DNA of 64,000 bases from Microbotryum violaceum (lineage: Eukaryota), in the NCBI GenBank assembly GCA_001244265.2, contig CDLV01000015.1:806001-870000 (forward strand), given 5' to 3'. The translations under genes were made by a program, and so were the position numbers. Shown here piece by piece: positions 44,107 to 54,447 of this stretch. How positions within the stretch are numbered: position 1 is the stretch's first letter; every line of letters begins with the position of its first letter. The notes beneath the pieces are model-generated. The model was given only the letters and a program-made list of their open reading frames with translations. It was not told where the DNA came from and did no database searches.

Positions 44107-44450
44107 AGAGGGGAGCAGAAGCGCAGCGCAACGTGGCTGAGAGGAGCTGGAGCACGGGGGTGGTGGTGAAGGGCTTTCCTGACGTTTCTTCGTTTCCCTT
44201 GTCTTTGTGTTTATCATACATCCTCCGTTTTGTCATTTTCCCCCACGTTCACGACTTTTGGGTACTCGTTTTTCTTGACTCTTACCCTCGCAATGCAAAT
44301 GTTTTTCTCTCTATCGCCGTTCAGTTCGTAAAGAAGAATGACATGTACGTGAAAGCAAAGGGAGCATGGAATGATCCTTTTTCATAATTACATACGTGCG
44401 ATTGCTACACTCTTGTACTTGATTCTCCTCATCTTCGTGTGTCGTTCTTT

Positions 44451-45857
44451 TCATTCAGCCAACAAGACGTAATCCCTTTGCGAGAACGCAAACTTGAGCA
44501 CTGGTACAGTATTGACAAAATCCCCCCCCCAGATCAGCACTCGATCCTAAGCAAGCCCTTTCAAACCTTCTTGAAATTAGGACTGACCGTCGCCCGTTTT
44601 CAACTCGTAAAACCTCTGCTTGGGCACCATCTCATCATTGACCAAAGTCCCGTTCGCGGAATCGAGGTCTATAATGAACGGTCTAGTAGGCGCGCAAGGA
44701 GATGAAGATCAGCTTTCCTTTTTCATCTCCGGTAAGGTTCGAATAACTCTTGAACGTACTTGACGACCGATTTGGTATCCCCAAATTCGTTCGTTTCGTG
44801 TACTTGTCGGTATTGTAATACGGCATGTTGTTTCGAAGCGGAAGGGTGGTCGATAGGGATGTCGGCGACCTGGAGGAGGGAGGTGTGGGTCAGGTGGGGT
44901 TGTGGGGGGTGGGTGCAGAAAGGTACGCACTATCCTATCCCTCCCAAACAAGTATGCGGATTGTCGATGGACCAAAATAAGGTCTGTTCGTTTTGACCAA
45001 TAAAGCGAAGGAGAAAAGTCAGAAAGAGTCTTTCACACCTGTGATCTGATCTTCCCCTACGGCCAAACGAGGAAACGTACCCAATTGTTCCTTACCCTTG
45101 AAGACGTACAGCCTCCACGACCGTACGGGTTTCCTCGCTTCGGGGGGTTCGTTATATTTGAGGACCACGCCTCGGAGGGTACTGTGTCGTGATCGACCGC
45201 GGGTGAGGTTAGCAAAGTAATTCGGGAGAACTCTTGAGGTTTGCCTACTGACTTTGTTTCCGCCGCCAACGCGCCTGAATTAGCGAAATTCGGTTCGACA
45301 GGTTTAATCTTCTCCATCGCTCCTTCATCGACTCCTCCTCCACGTCGAGAAGAAGGTTCGACCCCATCTTTATGCATTTGGTCGGCTTGACTCGCGAGAG
45401 CACGACTGGGTCTTCCGGGGGAAAAAGAGCGGGAACGGGAAGGGCGTCGGGCACCCCAGTCGGGTTTGGTATCCGGTGGTACGACGGAGCGGGTGGTACG
45501 TGGGGGCGATCTAGACCGAGATCGTCTTGAGGAGGAAGGAAGAGGTCGTCGTCGGGAGTTGTCCGCGTCCGCATGTCGGTCGTCGCGATCAAAGTCCCTT
45601 GGTCGTGGTGGTGGACTTTGCCTTCTTACATCCCGGTCATGGGATCGACCATTGCCTTCTGTTCTTCTATCATCACCCTCATACCTCTCCCGCTGGTCAT
45701 ATTCATCTCTCCTTCGAGCAAGAGGTGGCGAGCGCTCCCGATCGTGCGGTCGATTCGAACGTCCTGCATCAGAGGGATAGCGAGAGGACATGCTGGTGTT
45801 GGGGTTGGACCGGTTCTTGAGATGAGGAGGTGGGGATCGATCGTAAGGGGCTGACAT
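44451..45857 (-). CDS. PML1: FHA-domain RES complex protein (SNIP1/Pml1)
   Basis: RS/RD-rich N-terminus; PNFANSGALAAET, LKYNEPPEARKP, WRLYVFKG, SAYLFGRD, HPSASKQHAVLQYR and DLDSANGT. Ends ...RDYVLLAE*. Confidence 0.9.
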
Positions 45858-46256
45858 GGTGGGGAAAGTTGGGTAGTGTGTGCGAGCGAAGAGGAGGAAA
45901 CGTCGGTGAACACCTCCGGGTGTGAGGCTCGGGCTAATTCGTCATTTAGAAGCTGTTAGGAAACCTCGATACTCGCCCGCTTGCAGTTTGGCCCTCCCCC
46001 ACCCCGGGCCAGCTCTCACGATCTCACGGCTCTCGCTCTCCTCCGCTCGCATCAACCTTCTCCCTCTCGCTTTCCCCCAATCGGCGTCCAGCGTCAAGCC
46101 TGCACCTCTTTATTCAACTCGAACGATTTTTTTGTTTGGGGTGAGGCAGAGGACGAGATGCAGTTGCCGCGGCCGGGGGAGCATCACCGAATCGAGCGGG
46201 AGCAGCCGACGTTGCTTCAGAGACACCTTCGACCTAACGCATCCGTGGGATGACTA

Positions 46257-46863
46257 CGTTCACGTAGGATCATCGACGCGGTTGGGGTAGCAGCGATACC
46301 GCCGGCTTCGACACGAGGCGGTAATTGGGAACGGTTGAGGGGCACACCGCGCTCGGTGGGCAACGAAGGAGGGACGATGATGCTTCGGCGGATGGAGATC
46401 GATAGAAACCGGGCAAAGGAGGGACTGGTTGATCTGACGAATCGGGATGATGAGATATGAAGAACTAGGATCGCGTAATACGATGCGCTGGTGAAGACTT
46501 GTGCGATCTCGTCGTGTACGTGCGAGCAACGTTGCCAGCTCAGCTCCAGCGTGTGTTTCCCTCGTAGAGCTTCCAGCTATAACTGGAATTGAGGCTGATG
46601 ACAGCCTCCGTGTTTTTGGTGAGCACAAGGTGACAGAGGTCGAAGGTATTTGGCCGATCACGTGGCATGCACTGACGCGCTGACGCTATGGGTGGGGCAC
46701 CACAGCAACGAGATGACCTTCGCAAGGCCGACTCCGAGGCGTTGAGTATAGTCGTGGGACCAGAACCTGGGTGCTACATTTGGGTGTAAACAGAGTAACG
46801 CTGGAAGGTATTATACTTCAAAGACCGTTTAGACTTGCTCAGATCTTTGTGAAGAGCGTACAT
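46257..46863. repeat. Direct repeat copy A (~600 bp), diverged copy of 50041-50658
   Basis: Colinear shared blocks such as GGGGTAGCAGCGAT.CCGCCGGCTTCGACACGAGGCGGT, GCGATCTCGTCGTGTACGTGCGAGCAAC and TATACTTCAAAGACC.TTTAGA. Confidence 0.92.
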
Positions 46864-46975
46864 CGGTGTCACGCATAAGCCGTCCGTCACAATGCATCAG
46901 CGCGGGTGAGCAGCAGCAGTGGCAGCAGCAGCACTGCCGTCTCACAGGCTCGGAGCTAGTACTACTAGTAGTAGT

Positions 46976-49082
46976 AGAGGCGCCGCCGTGCACGAGGCTG
47001 CCAGGGCCAGGCCAGCTAATACCAGAGAGACAAGTGTTCGATACCATGCAACAACTGCTAAGATAGTAACCCTTGAGCTGCTGCTGTTCATCACTCTCGG
47101 CTTGCGGCGTGTGCAGTGCGTCCAAGTTGGACGGTAACTACTTATGAACGCTCGCGCGCGGCGCCGCCCGGATCAACCCTGCTCCGCGATGATCCAGTGG
47201 CGGTGACCACCGTGCGACTCACCAGTGTGTGACATTCGGCCGTCTGTTTCAATGACATGGCAGTGAGCAGCGTATTGGTGGATTTAAAGGCTGGTATTCT
47301 TTCTCGGTCCATCGAGTGTACGATGCTACAGCCTCGCGGTGCTGTTCGATCATCCTCATTCAATCAGGCCGCTACGCGCGTGAAGTTCAAGTTGGTTGAA
47401 GCTTGCCTTCTTCGTCCCGTTCATTCCACTTCTGAGTCCTGCCACATTACAACGAGAACGTCCCTGCTTCGACGCTTTACAGACCTCCGTCCTGCTCTAT
47501 CCTCTGAGGTTGTATTCCCCGAGTCCACCGCAAGTGTTACTCCGGATCCCGCTGGTGAGTCCGAGTCGTCTGATTGCGATGATGTTGCGGTCGCGGCGCT
47601 CGGGCCTGCGCCCATGAAGCTGAAGCTGATACAAAAAAAAACCAGCGAAGCTCCGGACCACGACTGACGTCAAACGTTGGCCCCTGAAATAGCCTGCTCT
47701 CTAGGAACTGGGTGTCTGCCAACCTCGTCGTCCTCGGGCACGATCTTTGAAACTTACCCAGTAGGTCGAGGAAGCTTTTCGTTGAGTTAGTTGGCGCGTG
47801 CCGGAAACTGAACGACGCCTGTCGACTTCTCGCGTCAACTCCTCCCTTCAGTGGCGCGACGACGAGAGACCAAGCCTGCTGCGCCGAGCCTGCCGCGGGT
47901 GGTGCCACGAAAATTCGTCAAGATGGCCGCATTCAATCAGGAAACGAACAAGAGGACCCGACCGACGCAAGAGTGAGGAAGGAGGTGTATCGAATGGTAG
48001 AGAACTCCGAGTTGACATGCTCGAGGTATTTTCTACACCATTCGATGCACCCCCTTCTTCACTCTTGCGTCGGTCGGGTCCTCTTGATCGTTTCCTGATT
48101 GAATGCGGCCATCTTGACGAATTTTCGTGGCACCACCCGCGGCAGGCTCGGCGCAGCAGGCTTGGTCTCTCGTCGTCGCGCCACTGAAGGGAGGAGTTGA
48201 CGCGAGAAGTCGACAGGCGTCGTTCAGTTTCCGGCACGCGCCAACTAACTCAACGAAAAGCTTCCTCGACCTACTGGGTAAGTTTCAAAGATCGTGCCCG
48301 AGGACGACGAGGTTGGCAGACACCCAGTTCCTAGAGAGCAGGCTATTTCAGGGGCCAACGTTTGACGTCAGTCGTGGTCCGGAGCTTCGCTGGGTTTTTT
48401 TTTGTATCAGCTTCAGCTTCATGGGCGCAGGCCCGAGCGCCGCGACCGCAACATCATCGCGAACGGGATCCGGAGTGACCCTTGCGGTGGAATGGGGGGA
48501 TTTAATCTCAGAGGATAGAGCAGGACAGGGGTCTGTAAAGCGTCGATGCAGGGACGTTCCTGTTGTAATGTGGCAGGTTTTAGGAGTGGAATGAACGGGA
48601 CGAAGAAGGCGAGCTTCGACCAAACGCCCACTTTTACGCGCGCACGGACGCGTAGCCGCGCGATCCGGCGGACTGAAATTGTAGTGCGACTGGTGGACGA
48701 TCGAACAGCACCGCGAGGCTGTGGCATCGTAACCTCGATGGGCCGAGAGAGAATACCAGCCTTTCAATCCACTCACAAAGGCCAATACGCTGCTCACTTC
48801 ATTGGAATAGACGGCCGAATGTCACACACTGCCAGGGTCGAGTCGGTGGTCGTTGCCACTGGATCATCGCGGAGCAGGGTCGATCCCGGCGGCGGCGCGC
48901 GCAAGCGTTCATCAGTTGCCGTACAAGTCCGTCAACCGCACTGCACACGCCGCAAGCCGAGAGTGATGAACAGTAGCAGCTCAAGGTTACTATCTCGGCA
49001 GTCGTTGCATGGTATCAAACACTCGTCTCTCTGTGCTATCAGTCGGCCTGGCCCTGGTGGCAGCCTCGTGCACGGCGCCTCT
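46976..49082. repeat. ~2.1 kb palindrome (inverted repeat, ~1 kb arms, ~8-nt loop near 48012-48019)
   Basis: 47576-~48010 is almost exactly the reverse complement of ~48020-48460, giving mirror-image ORFs 47798-48187(+) and 47848-48237(-). Diverged outer arms continue to ~46976 and ~49082. Confidence 0.96.
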
Positions 49083-49399
49083 CAGACTAGCTCTAGTCTG
49101 CGCCCGTGATGTCACCGACGGCCTGCCCTAACGCGCTTGCAATTCCGCCCCCACTAGCTCTCCTCAGCTTGCTCATCGAGGTCACTGGAGGGCGGTTGCT
49201 CTCTCTCGCTGCTTCGGCCAACCGGCCTCTGGCGGCGATCCTACACCTCCTGTTCGATTCGATCAAATCCTTCCGCAAGCCGCCCGAATGGCTCCTCCTG
49301 GGGCCTCCCTTACCCGTCGACGCGACCCTCCGAACGCGTCGGCTCGAGAGCGTCGTGCCGTGGCTCACGGGCGGTTACCAACATTGCAGTAACCAGAAG

Positions 49400-50500
49400 A
49401 GCTTGTGTGCATCTTATGCCCTCTTCAATTCGTCGCTGTGTCGGTGCTCGTTTCCTGGGGCTCTAGCACTATAAGTTCGTACGGTGGGCGTGCGTCTGTC
49501 GTGGCGAAGAAGCTTGCGATCATGAGTTGGGATGCAGCGACTCTCGAGACGCAGAATCGAACGTCGTCCGGAGGCAAGCCCTTCCTCATTGTCCTCCGTG
49601 GGAAACAGGTCGTGCGCAGGTGACGATCTCCCTGCACGCAGTTGAGCGAGGAAGGAGGCTGTTCGTCGGAGGTGCTACCTGTGGTGCAGCTTGAAACGGC
49701 GAGCTCCCGGCGGTGAGTCGTCGAGCTTATTAGGAAGTGCGTCCGTCTTGCCCTTCTTGCAGAGTCGTCGCCCACACCTGCCTGACACGTGCTTTGCCCT
49801 TGTTGAGCCAGTGCCGTTTTCAGAACTGGGATCGCGTCGGGTCGCTCGATCTCCAGGCCTCGCTTCATCCACTTCGTCATCGATCGTTTTGATCGCCTCT
49901 TTTGCCGCCTTGTCGGCGTGCTCTTTGCCATCCATTGCGCCATGTCCTAGGGCTTAGCAGTTGTTCCTACCCATTCATCGCCGGTATCTGCGCCTACACC
50001 AGCCGTTACACCTGCGATACAGACGCTCGCTCTCAAGATCACTTCACGCGCGCGATGTAGCGCCTGGGGTAGCAGCGATCCCGCCGGCTTCGACACGAGG
50101 CGGTGATCGGCAACGGTTGAGGGGCACACCACGCTCGGTGGGCAACGGAGGAAAGACGATGATGATGCATCGGCGGATGGAGATCGACAGAAACCGGGCA
50201 AAGGAGGGATTGGTTGATGTGACGAATCGAGTTTGATCAGATATGAAGAATTAGGGTCGCGTAATACGATGCGCTTGTGAAGCCTTTTGCGATCTCGTCG
50301 TGTACGTGCGAGCAACCTTGTGTCAGCTCCAGCGGGTGTTTGCCCAGTAGAGCTTCCGAAGTATATCCTCTTTCGGAATCGAGCGTGGTGACAGCCACCG
50401 TGTTTCTGGTGAGCAAAAGGTGGCACAGGTCAAAAGTTTTCGGCCGATCACGTGCCGTGTACTGATGCTGACGCTATGGGTGGGGGTGGGGCACCACAGC
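49400..50500 (-). mobile_element. Degenerate non-LTR retrotransposon (I/Tad-like) fragment: RNase H and C-terminal region
   Basis: Minus-strand LGHGAMDGKEHADKAAKEA resembles the RNase H motif GHxGxxGNExADxxAKxA. Downstream ASFLAQLRAG resembles the SxLxQLRTGH motif. Many stops and frameshifts. Confidence 0.65.
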
Positions 50501-50658
50501 AACGAGATGAACTTCGCGAGGTCGACTGCGAGGCGTTGAGTAGTCGGAGAGTCGAGTGCAGTCGTAGGACCAGAAGCTGGATTCTACATTACTGTGTAAA
50601 CAGAACAGCCGTGGAAGGTATACTTCAAAGACCATTTAGATTTGTGAAGAGCATACAT
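50041..50658. repeat. Direct repeat copy A' (~600 bp)
   Basis: Aligns by eye, colinearly, with 46257-46863. Confidence 0.92.
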
Positions 50659-51321
50659 TAGTCTCACCCATAGGACCCACGGGCGTGGAACCCCGAAGCC
50701 CCGCCGCAGGCAGATATTTTCTTCCGACATTTTGAGGACCCAAAATTGTCGAGGCGCCTTTGAAGAGGTCGATATTCTGGGACCAAAACCATGTTTTTCA
50801 GCCGAGCCGCCTGTGCAAATCTCAACATTTTATTCGGTGGGTTGACACAATTCGCCCTACCTTCAGCGGCACGCCACTTTCGATCGGCCGCCGCGCGCCC
50901 GCAAACGCTCGGAACACGTTTTCGAGGACTTTGGAATGATTTTGGGAGCATGTAGAACAAGTTTTGGTATCCTTTTGAAGCGCATTTGAAAACTGATTTT
51001 GGACCAAAAGAGGGTGAAAAAAGCCAACAAAAAGTTCAGAACAGAGCGTTTTCCGACATGGGCCGCTGGCTGGGCTTTCGGGGGCCCTTGACCGTCGATC
51101 CGGTGAGCTCGACAGCGCTCCACAGGCGCGCCTTGGCGCTGCTGGGCCTCTTGCCTCAATCGTCGCTTCGTTGCTGCACACTACATAGTCACCACCGACA
51201 TCCGTGATCCTAGATCAGCGTGTAGCTTCCTAATTTTGCTAACCTAGACCAATCCAGTTTGCCAGAGTACCCTCATGTGAATCACGCCCACGCGCCGCAG
51301 TCATGGCAAGTTCCGATTGCC

Positions 51322-53595
51322 ATGTCTCGAATTCGAACATTGACGAGCCCATTGCCCATGTACAGTACCCAAAAACTCCCTTTGTCTCCTCGCCATAGCG
51401 TGATGTCCCACGCTCAGCTCAGCGAGACCCGATGCAGTGACGAACCGCGAGCGCCCCTCAGCTCTGCCAGTACGAGTCAGCACAACCGACAGCTTCCGGA
51501 TCACAGCGACGCCTCGGAGTCACCCCACCTTCGGCGTGTCAGTCGCGTGACTAGGCTCAGGTCTCTCGAATCCTCCATTAGCGAGAGCAATGACGGAGAC
51601 CGCGAGATCGAATGGGCGGGATTGAAGGACTTTTTCCTCGCGCCGTTGACCGACGACATTGACACGACCGTCGTCCCAGAGATCGTGTGGGAAGACGGAA
51701 AGCCGACGTTGGTGAGTGCGCACAGGGCACATGATGGCCATCGGTCTCTGGTGAACGTGGCCGAGCTGAGTTTGATCACCGAGTGAACAGAAGAGTCGAG
51801 GTCGCTTGCTGAGCTTTCAAGAAGACAACCAGAGCGTTCAAGTTTATGATCCGTCGGTTATCCCGGATGTCGTCCTCCTCACTCGCGAAGCATTCGGGGC
51901 CGACCCAAGTCTGGTAGCTACCTGGACATCGGACGACGAGGACGGCTACGATGATACGCGGTCGTGGTCACAAGTTGCTGCCGTCGCCGAGTTTGAAGGG
52001 CCGATGACCGACTCGGAGTCCGAAACCGAGTCCGTAACCGGGTCCCTTCCTCAGCGCATCCGAGAATCGCTTCGCACGCTCGTTACGCACTCGCTCCGAT
52101 CTCACGCACTCGGGTTCGACCTCTACGAAAACGTTCTCGAGATCGTCCTCCATACTCCAAGTGGTCGTTTTTGCAGCCCCGTGATCTACTGTAAGGAAGC
52201 GAATGGTTACCTGTCGACTTTTCTGGCGAGACTGCTCAGCCTGAGCGATCGTGAGCTCGGTGTCATCTCCTCACTGTTTGACCGCGCTGGTCCGGCGTCT
52301 TTCTCATTTGCATCGTCCGAGCTTCCATCTCGGGTTCCATGTTTTCAAAAGCACTTCTCGGGCTCTCCTCGACTCGAAAAAATCAGAATCTTCGAAACAC
52401 TCTTCCAGTCCAATTCCATCTTTGGACGTCACTCCTCGGCGTTTCGCATTTCAGCCGGCCGCGAAGGGTCGACTGCGCTTACCGAGTACGCAATGACGGT
52501 CTTCTTTGTCGAAGAATCTCGCTGCGACGAGCACGATCGTATCCGTCTCACGATCGCCAACGCTTCACCCGACGATCGACAAGGGCTCACTCATATCGTC
52601 GACGTGTATCGCGAAAGCGACTTTGTCGTCGTTCCTCGATTTTTTCCCGATACCCTCGACGCCAGCGAGTGGGGTCTCAAGCCGCGAGCGTTGGAGGTGA
52701 CATTCCATGAACAGTGCTTTGAACCGATCTGCGTCGTCGATTCGACCGAAGCGTTGGCACGCGTTATTCTGGGTGCCGTTCAAGGTCGGGACGCTCAGTC
52801 TTACTCCGTGATATGCTTTCCTCGCGCCCCTGGCTGATCACGGTGGCATCTATCTACTGCAGGCCTAGACAGTCTTTACCGCCTGCGTATCCTTCATCGG
52901 GACGTCTCCGCACCGAACGTTATGGTCACATCGGACGGTAACGGCGTGCTGATCGATTACGACACTGCGGTGTTCATGGACGGTCCGGAGGGGGAGGCGG
53001 AACGCAAGAAAAACGTTGTGAGTACATTTCTGGCCCAGCCAAGGCTGGTTTCGCCACATTGGGCATCGACTAGTGCTGATGACGGACCGCGGAGAACCGA
53101 TAACGCCAGGGAACGCTTACTTTTCGCGCGCGGGAACTGGTCAAGGAGTACGAAGGGCGACCACCGTTCTTTCATGAGCCATGGCATGATATTGAATCGC
53201 TGGTCTATGTGATTATGTACACCGTTTTAATCATGCCCAGTGGACCCGATGACTCGAGCGAGCTGTCCGAGGACGTCAAGAGCATCTGAAGGCGGTGGAA
53301 CTCGCATCTCGGAGCCGTCACCTCGAAAGACGAGCTCTTCTTAGCGCCCTGGGGTGCGAAACAATGGTTCGAGCCCTTCAAGGAGTTTTGGAAAGAGGAT
53401 CTGCGTGCGCTCGTGCAGACTGTCGCCAAGTACTGCGGTCTGGGTGTGCAGCGCAGGTTGTGGGCTGCGGAGGTCGACGAAGCCGCCATCCTCTAACCTC
53501 GTTGGGCAAGCGGCGAATTATCGCATCGCCAGCTAGCTTCGGACCTGCATGCTTTGATCGCGCGGGACAGGGCACTGCTTATGGTCCAGGGGTGA
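51322..53595 (+). pseudogene. FunK1-like fungal protein kinase, disrupted by in-frame stops
   Basis: ILHRDVSAPNVM, GVLIDYDTA and, after intron 53018-53109, GTLTFRAREL and HEPWHDIES. In-frame TGA 53287-53289 and TAA 53494-53496 interrupt an otherwise open C-lobe. Start is uncertain. Confidence 0.75.
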
Positions 53596-54318
53596 GAAAG
53601 GATGCGCTCTAATTTTGTAGCATAAGTGTTGGCATTGTCATTGCAATGTTTGTTGACAGAGATACCTGTTGGTCCAGTGGCCCTCAGAAAGGCTCGGAGA
53701 CCGGCTCCGACTCCGGTGTCGTTCGCTACCGACAGCTTGAACAGCAACATCCACATCTCGGCGCAAGCAATGGCTTCGTGTCGGCCGAGAGTGCGTTGAA
53801 AGAAGGTTCCTAGTTGTCTGTGGACTAAACCACAAACAAGACTGTGATAAACTGAGCTCAAAAATCCGCAGCGGAGAAGGCTTTGTCCTCGGATATGATG
53901 AGTCTTAAAAGTTGTGAGTCTTAAAAGCGCCTTGCTTGTTGTATTCGCAAGCCAGCTCCTGAGTCTTCACCAAGCGCAACAGCCGCTAAGCTCAATGCGG
54001 TCCTTGCAGCGTCCTTGGCCCCAATTCGAAAGGGAAATGCGCATGTTGGCGAGGAGGGAGCCGGGCCGGTCCAACCGGCCGGCCGTGAAAGTCGACTCGG
54101 ATGCGACGGCGTTAGCACCGGTCGGAGCGATTTTCGGATTTCTGGCTGCTGGAGAGCGATTTTTGAACACTTTCATAACATTGAATTCATGGAAATCTTC
54201 CGATTTCCGACTCAAAATAGGTACAAATCGACCCCTCAGACATCTTATCCCGCTGAACTTGCTGTTTTCGGAGACGCACGCATCTCATCGAGTCAAGCTA
54301 CTGTCAAGCCCACGCGCG

Positions 54319-54354
54319 TCTCTCCTCCCACGTGACTCTCTCCTCCCACGTGAC
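54319..54354. promoter_or_regulatory. Tandem 18-bp duplication carrying two GTCACGTG (Cbf1/bHLH-type E-box) sites
   Basis: TCTCTCCTCCCACGTGAC x2, about 95 bp upstream of the ATG at 54448. Function is inferred from the motif only. Confidence 0.5.
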
Positions 54355-54392
54355 ACGATGGATCACTCGCGCTAGCCATCATCAGCCTATCA

Positions 54393-54430
54393 GCCCCTCG
54401 CCCCTCGCCCCTCGCCCCTCGCCCCTCGCC
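54393..54430. repeat. (GCCCCTC)n heptamer repeat, ~5 units
   Basis: Direct read of sequence. Confidence 0.9.
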
Positions 54431-54447
54431 CATCCACACCTGGAACG

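Noticed and set aside
47798-48237. Pair of mirror-image 129-aa ORFs as real genes
   Set aside because: They arise automatically from the palindrome, start at GTG and show no recognisable motifs.
46257-50658. LTR retrotransposon with A and A' as LTRs
   Set aside because: No TG/CA termini, target-site duplication, or gag/integrase traces. The internal relic looks non-LTR.
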